Assembly: GCF_016446395.1 (NCBI RefSeq) | Contig: NZ_CP051168.1 | Location: 3,685,579 to 3,749,578, forward strand | Direction: 5' to 3' | DNA: 64,000 nucleotides | Source: [Phormidium] sp. ETS-05 | GTDB lineage: Bacteria; Cyanobacteriota; Cyanobacteriia; Cyanobacteriales; Laspinemataceae | Shown here: positions 9,019 through 18,683 of the stretch, piece by piece | Layout: the number at the start of each line of letters is the position of its first letter | Numbering within the stretch: position 1 is the first letter of the stretch | Program-made: the position numbers and the translations under genes | The notes under the pieces: generated by a model | Database searches by the model: none | What the model was told of the DNA's origin: nothing | The model's input: only the letters and a program-made list of their open reading frames with translations

Positions 9019-10977
9019 ATGGCTCTGAGGATGCCCCCATCCGGCAGGGGTGGCGATCGTAGTCGCCAACCGCCCAGAAAGAAACGCCCTCATCTAGCCC
9101 CTCTCGTGGGCAAAACTCAGCGCGACCAAACCATCCGAGGTCAGTCTCGCCGCCACAAACCCACAATCGATCCCCTGTTACACCGCCGCCAAATCGCCCA
9201 GAAGTGGAACCCACCAAAGCGCAAACAGGCAGCATTGCCCACAAGGGAGCGATCGCGTTTGGTGGCGGTGTGGGGCATCTTGTGCTTAGCCATACTGGGT
9301 TTAAGTGCCAACCTATACCGGTTGCAAGTGATACAAGCAGCCTCCCTCAAAGAAATCGCCCGATCGCAACAAGTAGTAACGGTCAAACCATTTGTCCCCC
9401 GCCGCCAAATTAAAGACGCCCAAGGCAACATCTTAGCCTTGGATATGCCCGTGTGGACTTTGTATGCCCACCCCCGTCTATTTGTCAAGCCCAAAGAAGA
9501 AATCGCCAAGCAACTAGCTCCCGTGCTGAATCTTCCACCTTGGCAAATTCTCGTCAAGCTCAGCCAAGGAGAAAGCGGAATTACTGTGGCCTACGATTTG
9601 CCCGAAGAGGTGGGTCAGCAAGTAGGTAATTTGGGTATAGACGGGCTAGAACTGAACCGCACGGCAAAGCGATTTTATCCCCAAAAAGGACTAGCCTCAG
9701 AAGTAGTGGGATATGTGGATGTGGATCGTCTTGGGCAAGCCGGATTAGAACGTAGTCAAGAAGAATTGCTCGAAAGAGGACTCCGCCGAGCTGACGGCTC
9801 CGCCAAAACCATCCAGCTCAAGATGGGAGCCCTAACCCCCGATCCCGTAGATGGGGAGTTTCTAGAACTAGACGAATTGAGCCTGCGCCTGACGATCGAC
9901 AGTCGCCTGCAAAGAGCAGCTCGATCGGCTTTAGACGCACAGCTCAAAGAAGCCAAAGCAAAACGCGGGGCAGTCATAGTGATGGACGCCAAAGACGGTG
10001 CCTTGCTCGCTTTAGTTTGCTCCCCTTCCTACGACTCCAACCGCTACTACGACTACAATGTAGAGCTATTTAAAAACTGGGTGTTAACCGACCTGTACGA
10101 GCCCGGATCCACCTTCAAACCCATTGTCGTGGCGATCGGCTTAGAATCCGGTGCCATCAAACCCGATAGCACCTTTTACGACGAAGGTCAAATCACGATC
10201 GACCAGTGGTCAATAGAAAACCACGACTACAAATCCGTCGGCGGTAGAGGCACCCTCAACGTCCGCCAAATCCTAGAACATTCCAGCAACGTGGGCATGG
10301 TTCACATCGCCGCTCGAATGCGTCCGTCCCTCTTTTATAGCTGGCTAGTGCGCCTCGGTTTAGGCAACACTGTGGGCATTGACCTCCCCTTTGAAGTAGA
10401 AAGCCAACTCCGCCCCAGATGGGAATTTACCGCCTCCCCCGTTCACCCCGCCACCACCTCCTTTGGTCAAGGATTCGCCATCACCCCCATCCAGCTACTA
10501 CAGCTCCACGGTACACTTGCCAATGGCGGCTACCTCGTCACTCCCCACGTAGTCAAAGGGCTATTTGACAGTCAGGGCCAACCCGTCTCCACTCCCAAAC
10601 ACCCCCAACCCCAACAGGTTTTCTCCCCTGAAACCACTAAAGCCGTCGTGGCAATGATGGAAAACGTGATTGAAGAAGGAACCGGTAAAAACGCCCAAAT
10701 TCCCGGCTATCGCATAGCAGGCAAAACCGGCACCTCTCAAAAAGTCACCACCAATGGCACCGGCTACTCGGAATATGCCAGAATTGCCAGTTTTGTGAGC
10801 ATTCTTCCCGCCGATAACCCCCGCTACGTCGTCCTTACCGTCATCGACGAACCCAAAGACGGCTACGGCGGCACCGTTGCGGCCCCAGTATCTCGCGCCG
10901 TTATGGAAGCCCTCATCTCCATCCAGGGGATTCCTCCCTCCACCGAGCCACCCCCGTCATCCAGCGGCGAGGAATAA
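9019..10977 (+). CDS. ftsI: peptidoglycan D,D-transpeptidase FtsI (class B PBP)
   Basis: STFKP (SxxK), SSN and KTGT motifs. N-terminal transmembrane helix and dimerisation domain. ATG at 9019 sits 8 nt after AGGAGG; the track start at 8911 would overlap the upstream gene. Confidence 0.85.
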   Translation: MALRMPPSGRGGDRSRQPPRKKRPHLAPLVGKTQRDQTIRGQSRRHKPTIDPLLHRRQIAQKWNPPKRKQAALPTRERSRLVAVWGILCLAILGLSANLYRLQVIQAASLKEIARSQQVVTVKPFVPRRQIKDAQGNILALDMPVWTLYAHPRLFVKPKEEIAKQLAPVLNLPPWQILVKLSQGESGITVAYDLPEEVGQQVGNLGIDGLELNRTAKRFYPQKGLASEVVGYVDVDRLGQAGLERSQEELLERGLRRADGSAKTIQLKMGALTPDPVDGEFLELDELSLRLTIDSRLQRAARSALDAQLKEAKAKRGAVIVMDAKDGALLALVCSPSYDSNRYYDYNVELFKNWVLTDLYEPGSTFKPIVVAIGLESGAIKPDSTFYDEGQITIDQWSIENHDYKSVGGRGTLNVRQILEHSSNVGMVHIAARMRPSLFYSWLVRLGLGNTVGIDLPFEVESQLRPRWEFTASPVHPATTSFGQGFAITPIQLLQLHGTLANGGYLVTPHVVKGLFDSQGQPVSTPKHPQPQQVFSPETTKAVVAMMENVIEEGTGKNAQIPGYRIAGKTGTSQKVTTNGTGYSEYARIASFVSILPADNPRYVVLTVIDEPKDGYGGTVAAPVSRAVMEALISIQGIPPSTEPPPSSSGEE

Positions 10978-11511
10978 CCCATTTTCCGTACCAACCCAAG
11001 TTAATCGCCGGTCCCAAGGCTCATTTGGCAGTTCGGGTAACAGCGCCAATTCAAAAACTATGCCCACAGTGGAAATCTGCCCCCATTCTGGCTGACTCAG
11101 CATCCGGTCATAAAAGCCACCGCCATAACCCAAGCGATAGCCGAGCCGATCGCAAGCCACCGCCGGAACCAGGATTAAATCTACTTCTGTAGCCACTATT
11201 TCCGGCGCATTCTGGCGGGGTTCCAAAATCCCATAAGCGTTTTTCTCTAATTCATCTCCCGGTTGCCACCGATGCCAAACCAGGGATTTATCAACACATC
11301 TGGGGAATCCCCACTGATGATTAGTAGTAAACAAAGAGCTGAGGTCTGGTTCTTGCCGAAAACTGAAATAAGCCAGAATTGTTCGCGAGGAGGTAAACAG
11401 CGCTGATGATTGGATATGGTGGCACAGTTGCGCGCTTTTTTCCTGCCATTCCGTTACTGATATCGACTGGCGGGATTTGAGGAGCTGACGTCGCAATTGT
11501 GTTTTTGTCAT
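10957..11511 (-). CDS. 5-formyltetrahydrofolate cyclo-ligase
   Basis: LRRQLLKSRQ...ILAYFSFRQEPD...DLILVPAVACDRLGYRLGYGGGFYDRML is the classic MTHFS signature. The gene is convergent with ftsI and overlaps it by 21 bp. Confidence 0.85.
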   Translation of the reverse strand: MTKTQLRRQLLKSRQSISVTEWQEKSAQLCHHIQSSALFTSSRTILAYFSFRQEPDLSSLFTTNHQWGFPRCVDKSLVWHRWQPGDELEKNAYGILEPRQNAPEIVATEVDLILVPAVACDRLGYRLGYGGGFYDRMLSQPEWGQISTVGIVFELALLPELPNEPWDRRLTWVGTENGLFLAAG

Positions 11512-11741
11512 TTGTCATTTGTCCTGCAGTCATTTGTCCTTTGTGTCCTTTGTCCCCCAGAAACCGGGTTTCTAATCGAGATTTTTTGTCCCTGAACGGA
11601 GATTATCCGCAGACCCGGAGTTCAGCCTCTACATCGGCTGTCGCGTCGCTGTCGGCTGAACTCCGTCCCCGGTTTCTTCTCCAACAAGGGACAAGTGACA
11701 AGGGACAAATGACCAAGGACAAATGACAAATGACCAATTAA

Positions 11742-12692
11742 TTAACCAGCCTGCTGACGATACCAATCAATGGTATTTTTCAATCCCTCCCTGAATTCTA
11801 CCTCAGCCTTGAATCCAAAATATTCCCAGGCGCGTTGGGTATCCAAACAGCGGCGCGGTTGACCGTTGGGCTTATCGGTTTCCCAAACCAGTTCCCCATC
11901 AAATTCCATCAATTCACAGATTAATTCTACTAAATCTTTGATGGTTATTTCATAACCAGTGCCCAGGTTCACCGGTTCAGAATCGTTGTATTTCTGGGTG
12001 GCCATAACAATACCGCGAGCTGCATCAGTAGAGTAGAGAAATTCGCGGCTGGGACTGCCATCGCCCCAAACCGGGAGCTGTTTAGCTCCTTGTTTCTGGG
12101 CTTCATGCACTTTGTGAATTAAGGCGGGGATAACGTGGGAGCTGTTCGGGTTGAAGTTATCTTCGGGGCCGTATAAGTTGACTGGGAGCAGGAATATCCC
12201 GTTGAAACCGTACTGCTGACGATAGGATTGCAGTTGCACCAGAAGGGCTTTTTTGGCGACACCATAGGGAGCGTTGGTTTCTTCCGGGTAGCCGTTCCAG
12301 AGGTCTTCTTCTTTGAAGGGAACGGGGGTGAATTTGGGATAGGCGCAGATAGTGCCAACGCAGACAAATTTCTCGATTCCTGCTTGGTAGGCGGCATGGA
12401 TGAGTTGCACGCCCATCATCAGGTTGTCGTAAAATAGTTCGGCGGGTTTTTCCCGGTTTAAGCCAATACCGCCTACGTGAGCTGCCAGGTGGATGATGAT
12501 ATCTTGATTTTGCACGACTTCCTGACAGGCGGGCATGGTGCGCAGGTCGTATTGGCTCGATCGGGGTACGGTAATCTTCGCTTTGTCGGCTCCGGCTTTC
12601 ACCAATTGGTCAATTACTTGTTTTCCCAAAAAGCCCGCGCCACCGGTGACTAAGATGCGCTTGTTTTGTAAATCTAAAACTTCCATTGTCAT
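11742..12692 (-). CDS. fcl: GDP-L-fucose synthase (GDP-4-keto-6-deoxymannose 3,5-epimerase/4-reductase)
   Basis: 316 aa. [11 protein letters not shown]ossmann fold and a YxxxK catalytic motif (PYGVAKK). Adjacent to gmd. Confidence 0.9.
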   Translation of the reverse strand: MTMEVLDLQNKRILVTGGAGFLGKQVIDQLVKAGADKAKITVPRSSQYDLRTMPACQEVVQNQDIIIHLAAHVGGIGLNREKPAELFYDNLMMGVQLIHAAYQAGIEKFVCVGTICAYPKFTPVPFKEEDLWNGYPEETNAPYGVAKKALLVQLQSYRQQYGFNGIFLLPVNLYGPEDNFNPNSSHVIPALIHKVHEAQKQGAKQLPVWGDGSPSREFLYSTDAARGIVMATQKYNDSEPVNLGTGYEITIKDLVELICELMEFDGELVWETDKPNGQPRRCLDTQRAWEYFGFKAEVEFREGLKNTIDWYRQQAG

Positions 12693-12744
12693 TTGTCCCT
12701 TGTCATTTGTCCCTTGTCATTTGTCCTTAGATGATGCTTCAAAT

Positions 12745-12815
12745 TGTAGGGTGGGCATTGCCGAACACAGAGGTTCTGGGTTGAGATGGCGGAGGTTGGG
12801 CAATGCCCACCCTAC
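12745..12815. mobile_element. MITE-like hairpin element, family B (TGTAGGGTGGGCATTGCC ... GGCAATGCCCACCCTAC)
   Basis: 17-bp terminal inverted repeats around a ~37-bp spacer. Other copies are at 26519-26595, 44807-44880, 49749-49820 and 55010-55085. Confidence 0.6.
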
Positions 12816-12845
12816 GAACTGTTAAAGGACTATCGCGGCCAACCA

Positions 12846-13065
12846 CATCCCTGAGAAACCGGAGTGCCCTCACCCCCAACCCCTCGACCAAAAAGGGAGA
12901 GGGGCTTCTGGAGTGTGCGGTTTGAGGTGGAGTGTGGGATCTTTATTCCTCCCCCTCCTCCCTCTCCTCCCACCCTGACCCCTCTTCCCCCCTTTCTCCC
13001 TTTTTGGGAGAAAGGGGTTGGGGGATAGAGGGCAAGATAAAAAACCTGCACTTGTAAGGGGGGGA
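12846..13065. mobile_element. MITE-like element, family C (pyrimidine/purine-rich, ending ..GGTTGGGGGATAGAGGGCAAGATAAAAAACCTGCACTTGTAAGG)
   Basis: Shares ctcacccccaacccctc..., gagagggg... and the 45-bp 3' terminus with the element at 19918-20140. Confidence 0.5.
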
Positions 13066-13119
13066 GGAAGGGGAGAAGAAGACGATGATTTTGGGCGAGA
13101 AACCCGGTTTCTTTACTTG

Positions 13120-15246
13120 TTAATCCACAGTGTTATCGGCTTCGGCGCGGATAAATGCCCGATCGCTCACTGATATGCCCTTAGAGGAAATCCCCAAAGC
13201 ATTTAAATCAGCTTCCACCATCAATCCTACCAGTTCCTCAAAAGTCACCGATGGTTCCCAGCCCAGCTTTTGCTTTGCTTTCGTGGGGTCGCCAATCAAT
13301 AAATCTACTTCTGCGGGACGGAGATAGCGGGGGTCAAATTCCACATAGTTTTGCCAATCGAGATTGACATAGCCAAATGCCAAATCCAGAAACTCGCGAA
13401 TCTCGTGGGTTTCGCCAGTGGCGACCACATAATCATCGGGTTCGGGTTGTTGCAGCATCAGCCACATCGCCCGCACATAATCTTTGGCATAACCCCAGTC
13501 CCGCTTAGAATCCAGATTACCCAGATAGAGTTTTTTCTGTTTTCCGGCGACGATGCGGGCCACGGCGCGAGTAATCTTGCGGGTGACAAATGTCTCGCCA
13601 CGACGGGGGGAATTGTGGATCCAACCCTGACCAATACCAGCATGGAAAGTCCCGCTGGTAGTGGCTAGGTCAAATAGCCAGTTGTCGTATTCAATGGGCT
13701 GGGCTTTCACCACTTCTGCCAAGGGTCGGCGCAGATGCTGTCCTTTGTTCCCAGGCACATCGGGAGAATTCAGATTAATTTGGTAGTAAATCCGTCCTTC
13801 TCGCTCTTCTGTGCAAATAATTGCTCGTTGCTCTAGGGTTGTCAACGCCATCCAGTACAGACCGGCAGCCATGACGGGGGAGGCAGTTTTGAAGCCCTGA
13901 AACTCATATGTGCAAGGTGTACTCTTGAGTCCGTCGCCAGCGTTGAATCCCTGCAAAAATGCTAAGCGTTCTTGGTAGCAAGCATTGAGAATGCGTTTGG
14001 GGATACGCTTATGGCCCGATCGGCTGTACAGGGAGTTATAAATGTAGCGACCATATTCAGGATTTCCATTCAGGCGGAGCTGAGTTACATCGCCACCGCC
14101 TTCAAAACCCGAAGCAGCCACATATCGAGAAGAACTGCCACCAGTAATTTTGCGCCAAGAGGCAGCCACGCGCTCGAGTAAGGCAGAATCTTGGTTAGTG
14201 ACTTGGACTTTCCCTTCTTCACTGACGTAACCTTCCGCCGCAATTATCCCTAGCAACCAGGCTTCGGTTTCCGTCAAATCGATTTGGTCTGTGGGTTGGG
14301 GCAAGTCAATCAACGCGAGGGAGTCACCCACCATCACTTCCCCGGCGGGCCGCTCACAGGGTTGTTCATCTTTGGTGACAAACACCACGTGGTCGCTAGT
14401 GGCATGATACACCGCCCCCCGAGCCGCAATTCGATGTACCTGTTTATTGGGCTGGCGTTTGGCACCATTCCAAGTGGCGGTCATACAAGTAACTTCCGTC
14501 CACCCTTGGGCGTCCCAAACCTGAAATCGGTCTTCAGGAGACAAATCGGTGGTATAGCGATGACCATGTGTGGCATCTGTGCGATGGGGGACCACATCCT
14601 CGATCGGCAAAATGTCAATCAAGCCATCTTTTCTAATGATCACTGGTGTTTCCGCCGTGACACATTCGTGGTTGAACAGGATGCCGTTACAAGCAAATAA
14701 GTTGTAAGACTCCCGATAATTGACGGTTTGCCAATGAGCGTAAACCTTGGCGCAGGAGTAGGGACTGCGCGGATAAAAAGGTGTGGTTTCTTTTTGGGGA
14801 ACTTCCAGCACTTTACCGAACATTTCCGAGGAACCGGCTTGGTAGAAGCGGACCTGGGTGCCGGTGCGGTGTTCATAGTCCCGGATGGCTTCTAACAGGC
14901 GTAGGGTGCCCATCGCCACAGTATCCACGGTATATTCCGGTGAGTCGAAGCTAACCCGGACGTGAGATTGGGCGCCAAGGTTGTATATTTCTACGGGTTG
15001 GACTTCTTCCAATATCCGCCGCAAGGTGGTGCCATCGGTGAGGTCGCCGTAGTGGAGAAATAGGCGAGCGGTTTCGTTGTGGGGGTCTTCGTAGATATGA
15101 TCGATGCGGTCGGTGTTAAAGGTGGAGGTCCGGCGGATGATGCCGTGGACTTCATAGCCTTTTTCTAGTAACAGCTCGCTGAGGTAGGAGCCGTCTTGAC
15201 CTGTAATGCCGGTGATGAGCGATCGCTTCGGTTGCGTCATCCTCAA
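13120..15246 (-). CDS. gmd: GDP-mannose 4,6-dehydratase precursor interrupted by an in-frame intein (357-aa extein plus 351-aa intein)
   Basis: Extein motifs: ITGITGQDGSYLSELLL, YSCAKVYAHW and ...FACNGILFNHE|...|SPRRGETFVTRKITRA. The 708-aa ORF is about twice the normal Gmd length, and the extra block lies between E194 and S546. Confidence 0.9.
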   Translation of the reverse strand: MRMTQPKRSLITGITGQDGSYLSELLLEKGYEVHGIIRRTSTFNTDRIDHIYEDPHNETARLFLHYGDLTDGTTLRRILEEVQPVEIYNLGAQSHVRVSFDSPEYTVDTVAMGTLRLLEAIRDYEHRTGTQVRFYQAGSSEMFGKVLEVPQKETTPFYPRSPYSCAKVYAHWQTVNYRESYNLFACNGILFNHECVTAETPVIIRKDGLIDILPIEDVVPHRTDATHGHRYTTDLSPEDRFQVWDAQGWTEVTCMTATWNGAKRQPNKQVHRIAARGAVYHATSDHVVFVTKDEQPCERPAGEVMVGDSLALIDLPQPTDQIDLTETEAWLLGIIAAEGYVSEEGKVQVTNQDSALLERVAASWRKITGGSSSRYVAASGFEGGGDVTQLRLNGNPEYGRYIYNSLYSRSGHKRIPKRILNACYQERLAFLQGFNAGDGLKSTPCTYEFQGFKTASPVMAAGLYWMALTTLEQRAIICTEEREGRIYYQINLNSPDVPGNKGQHLRRPLAEVVKAQPIEYDNWLFDLATTSGTFHAGIGQGWIHNSPRRGETFVTRKITRAVARIVAGKQKKLYLGNLDSKRDWGYAKDYVRAMWLMLQQPEPDDYVVATGETHEIREFLDLAFGYVNLDWQNYVEFDPRYLRPAEVDLLIGDPTKAKQKLGWEPSVTFEELVGLMVEADLNALGISSKGISVSDRAFIRAEADNTVD
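13612..14664 (-). other. intein (351 aa) with LAGLIDADG homing-endonuclease motifs inserted in gmd
   Basis: N-terminal Cys (CVTAETPVII, block A) and a TxxH block B (TDATHGHRY). Two LAGLIDADG-like motifs (LLGIIAAEGYV and FLQGFNAGDG). The C-terminus is ...FDLATTSGTFHAGIGQGWIHN followed by Ser+1. The insertion is exactly within the conserved Gmd motif GILFNHE/SPRRGE. Confidence 0.8.
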
Positions 15247-15647
15247 TACTTCCTGTAAAATTTACCATTGTCGGCAGATGCTAGGGGCGTGCAGGCAAGG
15301 AAGCCAGCGCCACCTAAGAAGAAAAACTGGAAGCCAGATGCACCCGCCCTGAGAAGGTTTTGCCCACTAAATCGGTAATTTAGGCGTTTAGTTCTTCACT
15401 TTCACCTGAGATTGTCAGGAAAATCTGAACCCCCAGCCAGACCCCAGGGGGCGGCCCAGGGACGCTGATGGCGACATGGGTGGCGCCAAATCCCCAACCT
15501 TTCCAAGATTTGACCGCAGTGGCTGTCTATTCAAGCGGACGGCGGCTGCTCTAATATACCAAACTATGGCTCTGGCATCCAGTGGTTCGCCCTTACCTTG
15601 GATGCTGGGGGCGACGGGCGCTCAGGTGCCACCTTGCGGTTTAAAAT

Positions 15648-15688
15648 CAGTGGCTGCGGCTCCAATACTGGAACCGCAGCCACTCATG
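15648..15688 (-). terminator. hairpin immediately 3' of the sugar-transferase stop codon (possible intrinsic terminator)
   Basis: cagtggctgcgg-(15 nt)-ccgcagccactc is an 11/12-bp stem. On the minus strand it is followed by a weak A/U-rich tract. Confidence 0.35.
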
Positions 15689-15696
15689 GGTTAAGG

Positions 15697-16416
15697 CTAG
15701 TAAGCACCGTTGTTTTTGGGGAAAATAACCACCCTAATCGTTTTCAAAATAATCCACATATCCATCCAAAAGTTGTTGAAGTTTACGTAGTAAACATCCA
15801 TCTGGATTCTTTTGGGATAGGGAATGTCATTGCGACCAGAAACTTGCCACAATCCGGTGATTCCGGGTCTAATCTGTAGCACCGTGTCCATATGCGTGCC
15901 GTATTTAGGCAGCTCTTCGGTGACTAAAGGTCTCGGTCCGACAACGCTCATGTCACCTTTTAGGACATTCCAGAATTGGGGAAATTCATCCAAACTCGTG
16001 ACCCGCAAAAAATTACCTATCCAGGTAATGCGGGGGTCGTTTTTGAGTTTGAAATTACTCTCGAATTCTGATCTGAGTTCCGGTGATGTTTCCATCATTT
16101 GGGCGAGTATTTCTTCGGCGTTTGTCACCATCGTTCTGAATTTGAGGCAGCCGAATTTCCGGCGATTTTTTCCCACGCGCTCCTGAACGTAAAACACTGG
16201 ACCGGGGGAGCTAATGGCAATCAGCAGCCCCAACAGCAGGTAAACCGGGGAAAATAGAATCAGAACGGACAGAGAAAACAAGATGTCAAACAGCCGCTTG
16301 AAAAACTCTCCGTCGGCTTTGGCCAGGGGGAGGTGCCCGATCTTTTGCGTTAGAGGGGCGCGCCGAGCCACTGCCCGAATCACTTTGCCGGAGATGAATT
16401 GGCTATCGGCAGTCAT
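15697..16416 (-). CDS. bacterial sugar transferase (polyprenyl-phosphate hexose-1-phosphate transferase, WbaP/WcaJ C-terminal domain family)
   Basis: KRLFDILFSLSVLILFSPV transmembrane anchor, then ...GPRPL..., DEFPQFWNVLKGDMSVVGPRP and ITGLWQVSGR motifs. Confidence 0.85.
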   Translation of the reverse strand: MTADSQFISGKVIRAVARRAPLTQKIGHLPLAKADGEFFKRLFDILFSLSVLILFSPVYLLLGLLIAISSPGPVFYVQERVGKNRRKFGCLKFRTMVTNAEEILAQMMETSPELRSEFESNFKLKNDPRITWIGNFLRVTSLDEFPQFWNVLKGDMSVVGPRPLVTEELPKYGTHMDTVLQIRPGITGLWQVSGRNDIPYPKRIQMDVYYVNFNNFWMDMWIILKTIRVVIFPKNNGAY

Positions 16417-16624
16417 TTTACTCCTTCACTTCACACCACACATAGTCCTGATTGTAAAGCCTCCAGACACTTGGCAACCAAGGTTGCGCTAGTGGGAGGC
16501 GACGCTGGGGCTGGTTATGGTGGAGCCGGGAAATCAACTTCCCCCTCCCCTGTGCCTTCCCCCCAACTGTCTTGACCTCACAGACACATTCTTTCAGACG
16601 TTGAGACTGGCTCGATCGGCCATC

Positions 16625-17785
16625 TCAGGGAGAAAGTTTGAGCTGGTTTGGGGCGTGGAATTGGTCTAAACACCGCTCCACAAAGCTAAAATAGCGCTCC
16701 TGAAAGATTTTGGGGGCGAACTCAAGGGCACGCTGGCGCCCCATTTCCGGCTGGAATTGCCCTTGTAGTTGCTCAAACCTCTCGATCGTCTCCACCAACG
16801 CCGCTTCTGTCTGTTCCGGAAAAAACAACCCAGTACCTGACTCTGGATGTTCTCTGATGTCTAGCACTGTCTCTAATGCTCCACCCCCCCCGTAGGCGAT
16901 CGTGGGGGTGCCACAAGCCATTGCCTCCACCGGTGCGATGCCAAAATCTTCACAAGCTGCATAGACGAACCCCTTGGCTTTCGACATATACTCTTCCACC
17001 ACCTTAGCTGGCTGCGCCCCCATCAAGAGCACGTTGGGTTTGGCGATTTTCCTAATCAGCGGCAACTCGGAACCGCTCCCAATCACTACCAGGGGTTTGC
17101 CCATTTGATTGAAAGCTCTCACGATTAAAGATACTTTCTTATAACTCACCAGCCGGGAAACAGTTATATAAAAGTCTTGTTTTTCTGTCACTAGGGGAAA
17201 TCTTTCTACATCTACTGGGGGATAAATCACTTCCGCTTGCCGCCGGTAACACCGCCAAATCCGCCGCGCCGTATGTTTGGAGTTGGCAATAAAATAATCT
17301 ACCCGATTAGCACTTAACACGTCCCACTGACGTAACTGGTGCAGCAAGTATCGGGTCACGAGTCCGGGAAATCCCTGTCCGGCTTTGGTGCTATCTAGGT
17401 AATCAAATGTCAAGTCCCAAGCATAGCGCATGGGAGTGTGACAGTAGCATATATGTGGTTGGGTCGGTGCTGCCAGCACTCCTTTGGCCACGGCGTGAGA
17501 AGATGACAGAATCACGTCATATCCACGTAAGTCTAGCTGTTCGATCGCCATTGGCAAAAGTGGCAAGTATTTTTGCACGCCCCCACGCGCCCCGGGTAAT
17601 TTTTGTAAAAAAGTCGTACCAATCTGGCGTTTATATAAATAACTATTGGGATTGGTAGATTCAAAATCAATTAGCGCATACACATCGGCATCGATACCCT
17701 TGAGAATTTCTTTCACTACCAATTCCGACCCACCGGTGGCTTTTGGTGTCAACCATTCATGCACTAGAGCGTATTTCAGAGACAT
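16625..17785 (-). CDS. glycosyltransferase family 4 (GT-B fold, group 1)
   Basis: C-terminal EDFGIAPVEAMACGTPTIAYGGGGALETV (E-x7-E region). Start chosen at MSLKYALVHEWL, encoded by cat at 17783-17785. Confidence 0.85.
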   Translation of the reverse strand: MSLKYALVHEWLTPKATGGSELVVKEILKGIDADVYALIDFESTNPNSYLYKRQIGTTFLQKLPGARGGVQKYLPLLPMAIEQLDLRGYDVILSSSHAVAKGVLAAPTQPHICYCHTPMRYAWDLTFDYLDSTKAGQGFPGLVTRYLLHQLRQWDVLSANRVDYFIANSKHTARRIWRCYRRQAEVIYPPVDVERFPLVTEKQDFYITVSRLVSYKKVSLIVRAFNQMGKPLVVIGSGSELPLIRKIAKPNVLLMGAQPAKVVEEYMSKAKGFVYAACEDFGIAPVEAMACGTPTIAYGGGGALETVLDIREHPESGTGLFFPEQTEAALVETIERFEQLQGQFQPEMGRQRALEFAPKIFQERYFSFVERCLDQFHAPNQLKLSP

Positions 17786-18286
17786 ACAGCAGTTTGGCCC
17801 ATACCCCACAAATCCTAATCTTTTTTAATTTCCTATCTTAATTCAACCCAAGCTGTGCTAATGTCAGCCAAACTACAAAACTCCTCTATTGTTGTCCCCA
17901 CTCCTCAGTCCCTTGTGCAAGGACTTTTGACAAACGATCAAACACTTTTGCTACAAGACTTTTGGGGACATATGATTGGTGGGTTCGATCGCCCTTCTCA
18001 AAGCAGCCGCAAAAGCCGTTTCCAGATTCAGAGACTTTGGCTGCAACCATTTGGGTCCCCCCCGCCCCCATAGCCCCCTTTTTCCTGGGAGTGGCCGGGA
18101 ACGCTGAGTATAAACTCTCAGGTTTCCGTGACTTTGGCAATATCTTAACCCAAATAGAGCATTTTTCTCCCGGAGCGCCAGTGGCTATAGAAGGTCCCCC
18201 CTTCGGCTCCGGGACTGTGAGAACAAGCAATATTCCCCCCTGCCTCTACCAGGACCTCAAATAATTAAAAAAATCTGCAAAAAATT

Positions 18287-18302
18287 ATGAACACCTGTTC
18301 AT
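18287..18302. promoter_or_regulatory. candidate SmtB/ArsR-family operator (ATGAACA-CC-TGTTCAT) about 35 bp upstream of smtA
   Basis: A perfect 7-2-7 inverted repeat of the TGAACA/TGTTCA type used by ArsR/SmtB repressors. A TATGAT -10-like box follows at 18306-18311. Confidence 0.5.
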
Positions 18303-18336
18303 GTGTTATGATATAAGCGGATGAATTTCAGGAAAC

Positions 18337-18510
18337 ATGACTATGACTACTGTCACCCAGATGAAATGCGCTTGTGAGTCTTGCCTCTGCATCGTTTCTC
18401 TGAGCGAAGCGGTGGCAAAAGAAGGTAAATATTACTGCTCGGAAGCCTGCGCCAGCGGTCATACCAACGGTTCTGGCTGTGGACATACTGGCTGCACTTG
18501 CCACGCCTAG
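18337..18510 (+). CDS. smtA: metallothionein (SmtA/BmtA family), 57 aa, absent from the ORF track because it is shorter than 60 aa
   Basis: MTMTTVTQMKCACESCLCIVSLSEAVAKEGKYYCSEACASGHTNGSGCGHTGCTCHA. The Cys/His pattern KCACE.CLC...YYCSEAC..GH..GS.GCGHTGC.CH is shared with Synechococcus SmtA. Confidence 0.9.
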   Translation: MTMTTVTQMKCACESCLCIVSLSEAVAKEGKYYCSEACASGHTNGSGCGHTGCTCHA

Positions 18511-18546
18511 GAGGTCGATCGCCCGATCGTAAAGGCACAAACACAA

Positions 18547-18589
18547 GATCGCCAGCAATAGTGGTTGAGACTCGCAATTGCTGGCGATC
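18547..18589. other. perfect 14-bp inverted repeat (GATCGCCAGCAAT...ATTGCTGGCGATC) between smtA and smtB; a hairpin, possibly a terminator or attenuator
   Basis: Seen directly in the sequence. No clear U-tract follows. Confidence 0.35.
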
Positions 18590-18683
18590 GAGTGAAATTT
18601 ATGGAAATAATCTCTAAATCACCTATCGCCCAGCTTAAACCAGCGCTATACTATAAATCGGCGGAGCGGGGGGCGAAAAGCAA

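Noticed and set aside
13351-14700. Plus-strand ORFs (105 and 138 aa) within gmd; also the possibility that the extra DNA in gmd is a separately inserted homing-endonuclease gene.
   Set aside because: The minus-strand frame is continuous through the insert with canonical intein splice junctions (Cys1 and HN|S) exactly at the Gmd active-site motif, so it is an intein rather than a free-standing ORF. The antisense ORFs have no support.
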